Source: Callorhinchus milii (Eukaryota). Taken from it: a stretch of DNA of 64,000 nucleotides. The first letter of the stretch is position 1. Each line of letters starts with the position of its first letter. The notes below the pieces were generated by a model that saw only the letters and a list, made by a program, of their open reading frames with translations, did no database searches and was not told the origin of the DNA. Both the position numbers and the translations under genes were made by a program. The stretch covers positions 60,514,001 through 60,578,000 of the forward strand of contig NW_024704743.1 in the NCBI RefSeq assembly GCF_018977255.1. The letters are read 5' to 3'. Shown piece by piece: positions 37,560-51,240 of this stretch.

Positions 37560-37857
37560 TGAGTCCTGTAGCTCAATGGTTAGAGCACTTGCCTCTCAAG
37601 TGAGAGACCTGGGTTTGATTCCCGGCAGGGTGAAACCTTGGGCAAGTTTCCTTACTCCCTCAAGAAAAAAAACAATAATAAATTGGTCACTTCAATCCAA
37701 GACTGTTTGTGGGACACTGCTGTGTGCAATCGGCTGCCGTGTTTCGCCCAGAAATATACAGTCAATTCACTTTATAGTATATTCTGTGAAGCACTTTGAG
37801 ATGTCTAGAAGACGTGAAAAGTGCTACATCAAATGCAAGGATTATTATTATTATTAT
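37560..37857 (+). mobile_element. tRNA-Ala SINE, short form, tandem to the previous copy
   Basis: Begins directly after the AT-rich tail of the first copy. Confidence 0.92.
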
Positions 37858-38115
37858 ACAGTTCTGATCGTGAGACTGCTGGTGTTCGCAATTGCATATT
37901 GTGAACTTTTCATTTCAGGAGGCTATCTCCATGTGCTTCACAGGATTTATTCTAAAGTGTGGTGATTGAGTATTTTTCAGTTTCTTCTGATGTACTCGCC
38001 AATAAGTCTTGAACTGCCTGTGCCTGTTTCTAATTAATTTTATGCTTGTGTGATCTCTCCATTTATTCTATAGTGATAGTGTAGCATCCCCTGCTGGGAG
38101 AAAAAGTGCAGTGTC

Positions 38116-38371
38116 TCTGGAACTTTATCCCCCAGTGCCTTCGCCTTGCCTCCTCCCTTTCCTCCTTCAAGGCCGGTCTCAAGACCTTTCTCTTTGACCG
38201 TGCCTTCAGCTCCCCTCTCGACTCTCTACCCACTCCTCGCTCCCTTCCTTCCCTCCCCTCACCCTGACCATGTCCCCCCTGCTCGGGTCCTGACCCAACT
38301 GTACAGCGCCTTGGGACGTCCTCCCGACGTGAAAGGCGCTCTATAAATGGAATCTTGTTGTTGTTGTTGTT
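38116..38371 (+). mobile_element. Young L2, 5'-truncated 3' end
   Basis: Close match to 19612-19958 but with a single 46-bp unit; (ttg)n tail. Confidence 0.95.
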
Positions 38372-38881
38372 CATGTGAGACCTTGCTAAACGTAAATTGG
38401 CTGCTGTGTTTGTCTACAAGTCTGACTTCAAGGGAATCACCTGTGAAACTCTTTAAGATATTTTGATGGATATTGTAGAGAGAATACAGATCCAGAAAAT
38501 GGTACACCGAAAACCAGTTGGAGGAACAGCAAAATTACATTTGTACAGCACCTTTCAAGTTGAGAGGAAGTCCCAAAGCGCTGTAGAATCAGCGTTTTGG
38601 ACCCGAGCTGGGGATAGGGATCGGGGATGCAGAATGATTGAGCGATGTGGATTATGCAGATATGAGGTATTACTAAGTTTGCTTCTGAGCTCAGTGTTTT
38701 CTGGGTCCTGAACTACCTATGCCTATTTCCAATTAATTTCATGCTTGTGTGATGACTCCAGCTACTTTATATTAATCGTGTCGTGTAGTCCTCTGTTGGC
38801 AGAAAAGATTCAGTGTGAGACCAGCAGAAATAATAGCAGAAATAGCAGAAATGTTACATTTAATACAGCTACAAGTCGCTG

Positions 38882-39790
38882 AATGTTGCAGCTGAAAGTT
38901 GACAAGAGAGAAGCCATGCTCCTTCGATCCCATCAATGTATTCTCACCTGTGTCTCCAATCTCCTTAACTTCCTGGCCTATCCCTCAAACTCTGTGCGCA
39001 ACCCAGGCATCAGGTTCAATCCTCAGCTATCCTTTTCTACCCCATATCCAATCCTTGACCAGGACTACTTTCCTCCACTTTCGCCACTTTGCCTGCCTCA
39101 GATCTTACCTTACATCCAATGCAGCTGTAATGCTTATCCATGGTTTTATCACTTCCTGCCTCAATTTTTCCAATATCCTCCAGTCTCCACAGCTCCACCG
39201 TTTCTAAAATCCAATCCTCCCATTGTCCATATCGTCACCGGTACCAAACCTTGAACCCTCATCAGGCCTTAACAGACTCCACTAGCTCCCTATTGCAGAA
39301 TAAATCAATTTCAAGACCCTCACACTCATATACAAATCACTTAACATAACATAACATGTAGGCCATTTGGCCCTTCGAGCCTGCCCCGCCATTCAATCAT
39401 GGCTGATTTTCTAATCTAACTCCAGCTAATAACCTGACCCTGCCTTATCCCCATATCCCTTAATCCCTTTTGCAATAAGAAATCTATCTATCTCAGTCTT
39501 GAATATGTTCAAGCACTTCATGCTCTGAAATCTCTCTACCTTTCCGACCTGCTTGCACCTAACTCCTCTCCCCTTTGCTCAGTTGGCTCTAGCCGCCTGC
39601 ACATCCCTCATCCCCTCTGTTTCAGCTTTTTCAGCCTTTCAATCCCTCCGCCTTGCTCCATCCTTGCCCATCTTCAGTTCACACCTGAAGTCCAACCTCT
39701 TTGACCGAGTTTATGGTCAACTGCCCCTCCCTCCCCAGCTCCACCATTGTTAAGTGCTTCAAGATGCTATCCCATGTCAAGTTATTGTTA
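38882..39790 (+). mobile_element. Old L2 3' fragment with nested CR1 tail (~39345-39510, -)
   Basis: LQLKVDKREAMLL...HGFITSCLNFSN; acataacataacatgtaggccatttggcccttcgagcc insert. Confidence 0.8.
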
Positions 39791-40534
39791 TTGTCACCTC
39801 TTAATGTGTGTGTGAAGAATCTCAAGGATTAGACAGTTTCTTCAGAGTTTTACTTTATCGTGGAATATTCTTGTATTACCATTAGTTTTATTGACAATAT
39901 TTGTTTTTGTTTCTCTATATACATAGCAACGAAGAATAGCTCCAGTGGGACAACGAGCGTCAGCAGACATGACGGATGGAATGGATTCCTTCTGTGCTGT
40001 ATAATCAACAACAAATTACATTTGTATAGCTCCTTTCATGTTGGAAGGCACCATATATGATTCAGTGTTAAATGTAATAGAATATGACTCTTTATTACAT
40101 TAAGAAATGCTAATAATTTATTTTAATTGATCTTTAGAAAAACAATCATGCTTCCAGACTGTTACACATGAAATGTATTTAGTTATGAAAAGATATAGTG
40201 TTTCCTCAATGGATGATCAGAACCAAATAGACTTATGTCTAGCACTTTACAAGAATACACCATGCGTACATGATATATACCATATATTATTATATATCAT
40301 TAGGTTTGGCTGCAGCTATAATATGGTATTCAATCTCTTCACCACATACAAACATGAGCAGAATGGGCTGGTTCGGGAGAAGAATAGTAGTTATACCAAA
40401 GATTCATTCCTGTAGGAAGCAACTATTTGATGGTTTTTTTCTTTGTATTTTATTTCAGAAAGAAAACTAATTTCTTAAAACATTCTCCTTTTATTTGTGC
40501 TATGAATATAGAACTGAAGGATATCAATGTAACA

Positions 40535-43500
40535 CAACAACAACAACAACAAAAACAAGATTCCATTTATAAAGCGCCTTTCACGTCAGGAGGACGTCCC
40601 AAGGCGCTGCACAGTTGGGTCATGACCCGAGCAGGGGGGAAATGGTTAGAGTGAGGGAAGGGGAGGGAGCGAGGAGGGGGGAAATGGTCAGGGTGAGGGG
40701 AGGGGAGGGAGCGAAGAGGGGGAAATGGTCAGGGTGAGGGGAGGGAAGGGAGGGAGCGAGAAGGGGGAAGAGAGTCGAGAGGGGAGCTGAAGGCACGGTC
40801 AAAGAGAAAGGTTTTGAGACCGGCCTTGAAGGAGGAAAGGGAGGAGGCGGCGAAGGCACTGGGGGATAGAGTTCCAGAGCCTCGGGGCTGAGAGGCTGAA
40901 GGCCCGACCACCGATGGTAGGGCGGTTGGGGCGGGGGACGTGGAGCAGACCGGAGCCAGAGGAACGGAGGGTACGGGCAGGTAGGTAGGGGGATAGTAGG
41001 TTGGAGAGGTAGGAGGGAGCAAGGCCGTGAATGGCCTTGTAGGTGAGGATGAGGATCTTGAAATCAATCCTCTGGGGGATGGGGAGCCAGTGGAGGCGAG
41101 CGAGGGTGGGAGTGATGTGGTCCCGAAGCCTGGTGCGGGACAGTACACGAGCTGCAGAGTTCTGAATGACCTGCAGCTTGTGGAGGGAGGTGGCGGGAAG
41201 GCCGGCGAGGAGAGAGTTCCCATAGTCCAGCCTTGAGGTGACAAAGGCGTGAACCAGGGTTTCAGCAGCGTGAGGGGTGAGGTAGTGCCGTAGTCTGGCG
41301 ATGTTCCGGAGGTGATGGAAGGCGGTGCCAGTTGTGGTGCGGATGTGAGGGAGAAAGGACAGCTCAGGGTCGAACAAAACGCCGAGGTTCCTGACTGGCT
41401 TTGAGAGGTGGAGAGTGCAGCCTTGGATGCTGATGGTGTCGGCGCCTGAGGTGCGGAGGCGCTGACGTGAGCCAATCAGGAGGGCCTCGGTTTTTCGCAC
41501 GTTGAGCTGAAGAAAGTTGTCTCTCGTCCAGGACTCGATGTCGGACAGGCAGCTGTCAGGACATCGGTGGTCGTGGAGTTGAGAGTAGAGGAGGAAAGGT
41601 AGAGTTGGGTGTCATCCGCATACATGTGGAAGTTAACTCCATGTCTGCGGATGATGTCACCAAGGGGGAGCATATAGAGGGTGAAGAGGAGGGGACCGAG
41701 GACAGAGCCCTGAGGGACACCACATGAGACAGTACGGGGGGTGGAGGAGAAGCCATTCGTCGAGACAAAGTGAAGACGGTGAGAAAGGTACGACCTAAAC
41801 CACTCAAGGACAGTGCCTTGAAGGTTGAGGTGGGAGGACAAGCGGTGGAGTAGGATAGCGTGGTCGACCGTATCGAATGCTGCCGATAGGTCGAGGAGGA
41901 CGAGGAGGCAAGGGAGCCCTGGTCACAGATGGTCAGGATATCATTGGTGACCTTGACCAGGGCAGTTTCTGTGCTATGGGCAGCACGGAAACCTGACTGA
42001 AGGGGTTCAAAAAGAGAATGGGTGGAAAGGAAAGAGCGCAGTTGGGAGGCGACAACTCTTTCCAGGACCTTGGAGAGAAAGGGGAGGTTGGAGATGGGCC
42101 GGTAGCTTGATAGCTGCGACGCATCAAGGGAGGGTTTTTTCAGGGTGGGCGTGATGGTGGCAGTTTTTAAGGGAATGGGGACAGAGCCAGAGGAGAGGGA
42201 CAGGTTGATGATGTCAGTGATATGTGGGGCAAGAAAGTGGAGCTGGGAGATAAGGAGTGGAGTGGGGATGGGGTCAAGGGAGCAGGTGGTTGGGGTACAA
42301 AAGTGAGTAGGGGAGGATGGGTAGCAGTCGGAGTGTGGGAGTGAGGGGGTGGGGGGTTGGTGGATGTTGGAGGGGAAGTGACCGCGGAGCGAATTCCCTT
42401 GATCTTGGATTCAAGGAAATCCAGCATCTCCTCGCAGTGAAGGTTGGAGGAGATGACCTGCGCGGGGTGGCGGGGGGACGGAGGAGTCGGGTTGTGGTGG
42501 AAAACAGTAGCCTGGGGTTGTTCTTCGCCTCCAGGATTATCCTGGAGTAGAAGGACGACTTGGCCGAGGCTAGAGTGGAGCGGTAAATTTTGAGGAGGTC
42601 AGTGACAGTGCGGGAAGTGATGGGGGCAAGAGTATCGAGTGTGGAGGAGAGGGTATTGTGGAGGAGGGAGAGAGGAGAAGAGGGGTCGGTGAGGGTTGAA
42701 GGCCAGAGGGAGAGGAGTTCAGAGGACTCCAAGGCATCGGTTAGGGATTGTGGGGGTAACTTCTTCCAAGGGCGGTAGAAGATGGTGGTGGGTCTGGTGG
42801 AGGTGGGGAGGGGGGTGGAGGTGGTGAAGGAGATGAAGTAGTGGTCAGAGATGGCCTTGTCGGTAATAGTGACATCCGAGACACTGAGGCCCCGGGTGAT
42901 CACCAAATCGAGTGGGTGGCCGTGACTGTGAGTGGGGGAGTTTATGTGTAAGGAGAGGTTGAGTGAGGAGAGCAGGGAAGAGAAGTCTGTGGAGATGGAG
43001 CAGGAGGGGGTGAAGTGTAGGTTAAAGTCGCCCAGGATGATGAGGCGATCAGAGCAGAGGCAAAGAGATGTGAGGAGTGTTGAAATGTCAGAGATGAAGG
43101 TGGGAGAGGTTTTAGGGGGCCGGTAGAGGAGGAGGATTTTAAGGGAGAGGAATGAGGGGTGGGAGAGGGTGAGGTGCTCAAAGGAGGGGAAAGAGCCAGT
43201 GGAGTAGGGGATAGGGCAAGTGGTGTCCTTGAGATAAGGGCAACACCACCGCCACGGCGGTTGGGGCGGGGGATGTGGTGGGAGGTGTAGCCGGGTGGCG
43301 TGGCCTCCGTGAGGGGGAAGGTGTCGCCTGGGGTGAGCCAGGTTTCTGTTAAGGCCATGATATCAACGTTCTCATCAAGGATGAGATCGTTGATGACCAG
43401 GGCCTTGTTGCAGAGGGAGCGGACATTTTGCAGTCCGATGTGGAGGGAGCGGTTGACAGAAGGGTGTGTGGGAGGGGAGGGGGTCCAGGTTGTGAGGCAG

Positions 43501-43954
43501 GGGTGGGGGAATGGGGATGAGGGAGGAGAGGTTGACTCCCCGGGTCTGTGTCCGGGGTGGGTGGCGAGTGTGGTGGGGAATGGGGCAGTCGGTGTGGCTG
43601 CTGCTGGACAGCCAACGCCGAGTGCCACGGTGAGCCCGGCGGAGGATTCCCAGGCTGGAACAGAGGGAGGTTGTGGGAGGGTCAAGTGGGGATAGAAGAC
43701 GAGAGGGACGGAGAGAGAGGAGGAGAGAGCGGGAGAGATGCAGAGGGGGGAGGGTTTGGGGGGAGAGAGGAGGGAGGAGGGAGGGAGGGGTGAGGGGGCT
43801 CGGGTCAAAGCAGCAGCCATAGTGCGCACGCGGGGACCGGGAGCGAGCGGTCAGGTGGATGGCATTATCCCGTAGATTGGGGCAACAAACGCAACAGGAC
43901 CATAGTGGGCTCTGATGTGAGCCCTGGGGGGGGGGGGCGCAGAGGTTTTTTTTT
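40535..43954 (-). mobile_element. Young L2-clade LINE, near full length with two internal deletions
   Basis: Near-identical to 16.4-19.96 kb; deletions near 42600 (~120 bp) and 42290 (~45 bp); (caa)n tail. Confidence 0.97.
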
Positions 43955-44049
43955 CACCTCAAATTCTTGCACCTGGTCCTCATCACATTTGCCAAAAAAC
44001 TGTTAAAAAGTAACACCCAATATTAACTTTCGGAACATGTGCAAATAAA

Positions 44050-44400
44050 TACAACAACTTGCACTTATGTAGCACCCTCCACGCAGGATAGCATCTCAGA
44101 ACACTTAACAGTGGCGAGCCTGACTCTGAGCTGGGGGGAGGTGGCTGTAAGCACGGTCGAAGAGTTAAGTTTACAGCCGGGACTTGAAAGAGGGGAGAGA
44201 GGGGGCAAGGCGTCAGGATTGAGGGAGAGCAACTTCTGATGTTGGGTCGGAGGGTGCAAGGGACGAGCAGGAGGCCGGTGCCAGTCGAGCGGAGTTGCCG
44301 GGTAATGGATTGGAGAGTGAGGAGGTCGGAGAAGTAGGGAGGTGCCAGGAAGTGAATGGATTTGAACACGAGAGCGAGGATCTTGAAGTCGATCCATTCG
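44050..44400 (-). mobile_element. Older L2 3' end
   Basis: Same subfamily tail as 27515 (acaacaacttgcacttat...cttaacagtggcgagcctgactctgag). Confidence 0.88.
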
Positions 44401-45039
44401 GTGATGGGTAAATGCCTAGATCTTTAATAATAATAATAATAATCCTTACATTTGGTATAGCACCTTACATGCCAGGAGGATGACCCAAAGCACTTCATAG
44501 TAAAGTGCAGTGACTGTGTGTATTGTGTGGGCGAACAAATAATAAATGCAATTGTTTATACACAAATAGCAAACCAGCTCTTTAATAACACTTTAAAAAG
44601 TTACTTGAACATTTGTGAAATACAAAATGGATATCCAAAAGCCTTGAAGGACCATTTGAGCACAAAATTGCTATTGATTTGTACAGCTGCATTTATCCTG
44701 CAATGGTGTGAATTGAAGTAATGTCAAAACTATTTTCTTAGACAGCCTCAACAAAGGGGCTTCAGTGTGATACTCTTCCAAGTCTGGCTGCTGCATCCCG
44801 ATCTTTACTCCACCTTTTTACACTGATTTTCTGTGAAAAGGACAGTACAAAGGCTGTGTAAAATTAAACTTCAACCAACACTTGAGATTGGAATGATTTT
44901 TCGGAAAGTCAGAAACGTTTGGATCAAGAATAGGTTATGTCAAAGTTCTGAGCATGTATAAATAAATGCATAGCCAGAGCTTCAAAATCAGGCATTATTA
45001 ACTAGACAGATCCACATCACATTTGCTCCTTTGTAATTG

Positions 45040-45400
45040 ATCTTAACTGCATCTTCCCACCTTCTCACTATATCCCTCAATCCCTTCTTTCTCTAGAAAT
45101 GTATCTCATTGTCTCTTGAATTTATTCACACTATCCCTTCAACGTATTTCTCTGGTAAACTACCTTTTGTGTGAAAGTGTTCTGACTGAATTGCTTATTC
45201 AGTCCTGTGTGATTTAGAAGACAACCATTTTTCACTTGTTTTTGAGCCTTTCAGCAGCTTGAACAATTTGTCTAATGAGACATCATTGATTGCTTTGATA
45301 CCTTTGGAACCTCCCATTAACCCATCACAAAGTTTCATAAGTTGTCCTCTTTTCCATCAAGAAAAAGCCACCCAAATATTTTTTTAAAAGGCAGATGAAT
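45040..45400 (-). mobile_element. Ancient CR1 3' fragment
   Basis: Reverse strand resembles KYLG.F..EKR...DKLF...FTQ of the CR1 ORF2 end. Confidence 0.55.
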
Positions 45401-45603
45401 ATAAAGAGAACTAGATATGCTGCAAATCTGAAAGAAAAAAAGAAAAAAGAAATGCTGCAGATCATAGCAGATTCTTTCTTTTGGATGCTGAAAAACTTGT
45501 AGATTTCGATCCTTTTGGTTTGTGTCCTCAACTTCCTTCATCTTTCCTTCTAACTTGAATTCGTAAGACCTTATATTTTTCCAAAAATAATTAATCTGTC
45601 AGT

Positions 45604-45968
45604 CTGGCTCAGATATTAGCACTTTCAACAACAACAATAACAACAAATTGCACTTGTATAGTGCCCTTCACCCATAAGTCAGAAGATTTTTGGTTAGAAG
45701 CCATATGTCGGGACTTCAATTCACAGTCTAGGCTGAAACTCTTGTGCGGTGCTCAGTGTGATACATCAGATGTGACGTTAAACTGAGGGCCCTTCTGCTG
45801 TTCAGGTGGATCTGAAAGATCCCATAGCACTATTTGAAAAGAGAAGAGAATTTTTTCTTGGTGTCCTGACCAATAATCCCAAATAAAATTGGTTGCTTGT
45901 CCAATATTGCTGTGCACAAATTGGCTGCTGCATTCTCCTATAAATACACAATCATTACACTTCACAGG
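45604..45968 (+). mobile_element. Deu-domain SINE (SacSINE1-like), nearly complete, with small L2 tail insert
   Basis: gatgtgacgttaaactgagggccc...caggtggatctgaaagatcccatagcactattt...aaattggctgctgc. Confidence 0.85.
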
Positions 45969-47329
45969 CAAGATAGTCATACAGATTAAAACTATTTATA
46001 ACACATTGGAAAGTGGCACTTTTTGAATTTGTCTCTTAATATTTTCTGATACATAAAAGGAGTTATTACTATTATAAATCATGTGCAAAGCAGATGCAGT
46101 TTTATAGATTATAGTCCACTGTACAATGCTTTGTCCATATATTTGGCGTAAAACTCGACTAGGAGCTGAATAAATATCTACTTTTGCAAGAAATGGACAG
46201 ATGAGGAATAATCTGCAGCTCTGGAGATGTTATAGAAGAACATTCAAAGAGGCTGTTTTCCTATTAAAATGATATATTGAGAGGCAAAAAATATAGGATT
46301 AACCAGTGAGTCTGATTCACCGTGAATGCAGTATATTCATTTCCCACTGAGCTATTTTTGCTTTTAGTACTTTACATGAAGGCACAGTTTAAGAGCTGCA
46401 GAACTGCAACAACAACAAAAACAAATTCACATTTATATAGAGGATGTCCCAAGGCACTGCACAATTAATTTAATTATCCTTGAACAAGCTGCAGCCAAAT
46501 GCTATATTTACTATTTTTGTGCAAATTATATTTTGAATTATTAATTTTAATAATTGAAACCTCATAATTCCAGGAATAATGAATGAACATGTTCTATATA
46601 AAGAGTTTGACTGTATGTACTTTCTTCAGCTGTGAAAGGGTTACTATCATCTGCTTTTATCCACAAGCAAAGTTCTCGATGAATCTTATTCTGTAACAAT
46701 GTAAGAGTGCAAAGTTTTAAATTGAAAAGCTCAGCAATCATTTGATACGTTCATGAAGCTTAACAGAAAGTCTTTTGTTCTGCATATATATAAAATAGTA
46801 AGATTTATGCGATAAATAGGAAAAGCATAGAGTTTTAACTATATTAAAAATGATGAGTCAGGACATCGTGCTACTCGTAATTTTAGCTTAATATCTGGTT
46901 GACAAAATATGAGAGAGCACACAATACATTCACATTGTAAGAGAGTGTTCATTATGAAATACAAAACAGCAAGACAGAGGCTGTCAATTCTCTGGATGAG
47001 AGTAACATCAGTGGTTCTTAAATGGAACTAGCTAGATGGAGAAAAACACAGGAATCGCTTTAATTGTCACTTTCAATTTTGTCATGAATAAATTGGATGT
47101 GGGAAATTACAGTGAACGAGATGCCTATGTGTGAATATCTGTAACGAGTATTTTAATCAGCCAATATTTTCCGGTAGCATTGAAGCAACACACAAGGCGT
47201 GTTGAGGATGCATGACCACTGGAGAGCACTGTTTCTCTTTATTAGATCCGCCTTATACAAACAGCAGTATTCTCATGTGTGAAGCTGTATTCAAGATCTT
47301 TTTAAAGGAACACATTTTCTTCCTTTCTT

Positions 47330-47675
47330 CTCTGGCATCTTGTGTTGGATCATGGTTCCACAAGGAGCCATTTAATAGCTCACCTCAGTGGTGTCCAGTT
47401 TTTACTTGTGTGAGCAGGGACCGTGAGTGTGAGTGAGGGGTAGCAATATACCTGATCTTGTCCTCACCCATCGCACACAAACACGTTCTAACAATGATCA
47501 CTGCTTTGCGTTCAGAAGAACCTTCCTGGTATTTCTCACCACAGACTAGAATTTAAACCTAGGACTTCCCTGGTCTTCAAGCTTCATTTTCATAGCATCT
47601 TTCATACGTTCTGTGTGGTTCCTCTCGATTCACTGGTTGTGGTACATTTGGCCACTGAGTGATCCAGGGAACCAA
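47330..47675 (-). mobile_element. Possible ancient SINE
   Basis: Degenerate tRNA-like head at the right end; gggtgaggacaagatcagg-type body on the reverse strand. Confidence 0.35.
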
Positions 47676-49224
47676 ATAGTCTGTATGAAACGTACTGTGG
47701 AAATTCTTTCTTTTAGAAAAAATGTGTTTGGTAAATTGCAATCACTATTTTAAAGGCATTTTTCCAGTAATGAAACCAATTACAGTACGTGGCTGAACAT
47801 TTCTTTGAGATTAATTCCAAAATTAACAACGACTTGGAAGTGAAAGCGCTATTATTGTCTGATTTAATGTGTTCCTTTTCATTGAAATCACATGCCCTGG
47901 CATACTGTCTGTCTGGCCCATTGTTTGTACCATTAGGCCATTTGCCTTTTGGTTCTGTGCACTTTCGTGAACAAACAACTTCTGACCATCTGCCATCACA
48001 TTAGAGATAAAATAAAGAAGCTACAGTGGATGTTCAATACTAAGGGCTTTTCAGGGTGACTCGGCACCCTTTGGGGAATGAGGCAATGAAAGAAAACAGA
48101 TAAGAGAATTATTGGTAATTGTAAGCTCAATTATAATTTTCCTGATGACTGGTTAATTGTTTTGCAGTGTTATTCAGTAGTTTGTGTGTGATTAGGGTTA
48201 GAACGGTGCACTCACGCTCTACCAGCTTTGATAACTACTGCACACATTTATCACATCATACACTTTGGTTACATGGGAGCGGTGGGGACTGGAAATTGCT
48301 GCAGACTCAGACCGTCAGGAGCGCTAAGAACAAATATTATTGATACAGAATTACAGAATGCATATCACTGTTGCTAGGAGGAAAAGCAAGAGAAACCAGA
48401 CCTGGATATTTCACTGTAATCCCATTAGAACTCAGTTCATTAAATAAAAACAACGTCAGCTTTTCTCATGCTAAAAACTGCAGCGCTGGAAGAACGGGAG
48501 TTTCAAAGAATCCAAGTTTTGTGAAAGTAAAGAATACAGTCCAAATTTATATTTATATAGTACCTTTCACATCGGGAGGATGTCCCAAGGCGCTTAACAT
48601 TGCTGGTTTTGCAAACAAGCTGGGAGTGGGAGCTGAGAGGAGTGGGAAAGGCAAGGTTAGTGTGATTAAGAGGTGAGGGAGAGAGAGTCAGATGGACTCC
48701 AGAATTGTGTTCTAGACAGTGGGGGGCAGGTTGGCTGAAAACCTGACAATTTAAAATACAATATAATTTACGCTTATACAGATTTTCACATCAGCAGGAT
48801 ATGAAAGAGCAAGGTAGCTCAGTTTGGTGAATTTGGAATTGAAGGTTGGGGAATTTAAATTCACTCTTTTGCTTGCTATAAATTTAGCATTGTTTCTAAA
48901 AATATCTACGTCAGCAAGACAAGCCTACAGTAATTCATAACATTATTGATGGTCGACCAACCTGCCTGGCTGATCAAGAAACATGCTTCAATTAAAGAGA
49001 GAGATTGTGTGATTGTTGCAGCACTCCGAGATACTGCCCTGCATGTAGGGTACCATATAAATGCAAGTTGTTATTGACATGATAATGTCAACAGCTCATA
49101 TTTTTATTGGCATCTTACTCGGTATATTCATTTCTTTTGTAACCAAATCCAAAAGGGCATCGTCTCAGCCTGACAAAGGATCAGAAGTGATCTTCTGCAG
49201 GCTTCCATGTTTATAGTCCAGATG

Positions 49225-49705
49225 GTAGGAACCTAACAGGAGTAGAGGAACAAAGAGATCTGGGGATTCAGATCCACAAGTCTCTCAAAGTAGCTATGCA
49301 GGTAGATAAAGCTACAAATAGGTCAGGGCAGAAAAGTATCTGCTATCAAGATAGACTGGCCACTATATAAATGCAAGTTGTTGCTGTTGGATGGGTTGGG
49401 TCTTTTTTCGCTGGAGAAGAGATGATTAAGAGGAGACCTAACAGAGCTGTAATTATAAAAGGGTTTTATAAGTTAGCAGTAATAGGCTGTGCCCACTGAT
49501 TGAGGAGTTCATAACTGGGGACACAAATTGCAACTAAGGGACCTACTTCCTGCAGAGGTTAATGAGAATGTGAAACTTGCAGCCTGAAGCGATGGTTGAA
49601 TCAGTTAGTTACATTCAAGAGTCATGTGGAGTATAAGCAATGGCATGGGTTGGTTGGGCCAAGGTTTCCGTGCTGTAAATCTTTGAAATCTTTGTAAATC
49701 TTTGC
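49225..49705 (+). mobile_element. CR1 RT/3' fragment with (aaatctttg) tail
   Basis: EQRDLGIQIHKSLKVAMQVDKA and LGLFSLEKR.LRGDL motifs. Confidence 0.8.
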
Positions 49706-51240
49706 AAAATGGTATTAGCTTTCATCGCGCATAATATATACTGTATATAATACAAAATAACAGCAAAGCAATTGCAGAACATAATAGAAAAAAAATTGTA
49801 GAAATAAATAATTCAGGAATCCTTAATTCTTGAATACACAAAATCCTGCTGAATCCACCCCAATGATGTTCCCACTTTCCAGCCAATCCAATGCTGTAGA
49901 CTGGAGGAACAGCAAGACGCCAGTTACAATATCACAAGGAAAAATAATAACTTGGGACACAACATATGCTGTGCTGTGGAAAAGGCATGTTGGTGGGACT
50001 GAAATGGCTGAAATGATTGCTCTTTTAAAAAGCTCTTCAAGCAACAACACCCTGCATTTATATAGTGCCCCTCATGCAGGGTAGGGTCACAGAGCGCTTG
50101 AGTCAGCACAGATACAATGGATTGAATGACCTTCATCTGTGATGTAACTTTCTATAGTTTATATACATTGCTTGACCAGCACCACCATCTGCCACTCTGA
50201 CCTCCGTATAAAGAACAGAATGTCATTTTGGTTCTGATACCTCTTCTAACCGGATAACTGGCAATGTTCCATTGGCTCTGTTTGTTTCTGGAAGGTAGAT
50301 CAACAATTTGAGGCTGGGATTGATATTTGTAAGGGAAATAATTTATAATAAAATGAGAATCACATACTGAAAACAAAGTAAAATGTAATTTCCAATGAAT
50401 CACTGCATTTTGTTTGAGAAAATTGAGTAATGCAGAATTGAGACTCACTATGGCAACATATATGATCTTCATTAAAACAAGGTGTAAATCTTTAATAATG
50501 GCCAGGCTAAACATATTTAACCATTTTTGATATTTATCTCATGTTAATTAAAAGCATGTGGCCCTTTTACCAGCAAAAAGCTAAATCAGTCTTCAAGCCA
50601 TTCTTGATGGTTGACCAGCCTGTCTGGCTCTTTAGTGAGACTTGAATCAAACTGCCGATTGTTAGAACATCCTACAATAGTCACACTGCATGGTTACCAT
50701 TTTCCTTTACTAGTGAATAGAAAGAAAACACATTTTCTGAACAATAGAAGCACCCTTCATCCTGATGAGGAAAAAGATTGTTTTGAAGGTCAAAAATCTG
50801 TTCGATTGTTGCCAGGATTTGACAAACAACCACACACTGTGATCTGCCCTGATGTAGGTACCAAAAGAGCACATGAGGGGCCGGATCTGGTTCTAATCTG
50901 GGACAAACATTAAATTTACAACAGATTATCATTGAAGCGAAAGAAAAATCATTATGCTTGAAGAAAACATCAAGTGCATCAACTGAACTGACCTCAGTCG
51001 TTCCAAACAGTGTTATTCTCGTAACTACATTAAGAGGCTCTTCTACATTAAGCAGTGTGGTTTGAAAAGCTTGTCTAAGTGCCCTGCTGTCCCAAGTGAA
51101 CAAATACTTTATGCATCAGTACTAATTTGTATTTGATATAACGTATTGAAATACATTCTATGCAAGTCACAATATTTTATTAGGTTTATTATTTATCACT
51201 TCAGACCTATTTGTGGACCATGGCTTTGCACAAACTGGCC

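Noticed and set aside
50611..51103. Overlapping 100-aa and 140-aa ORFs in unique DNA
   Set aside because: No recognisable motif or splice pair; may be conserved non-coding but cannot be shown here
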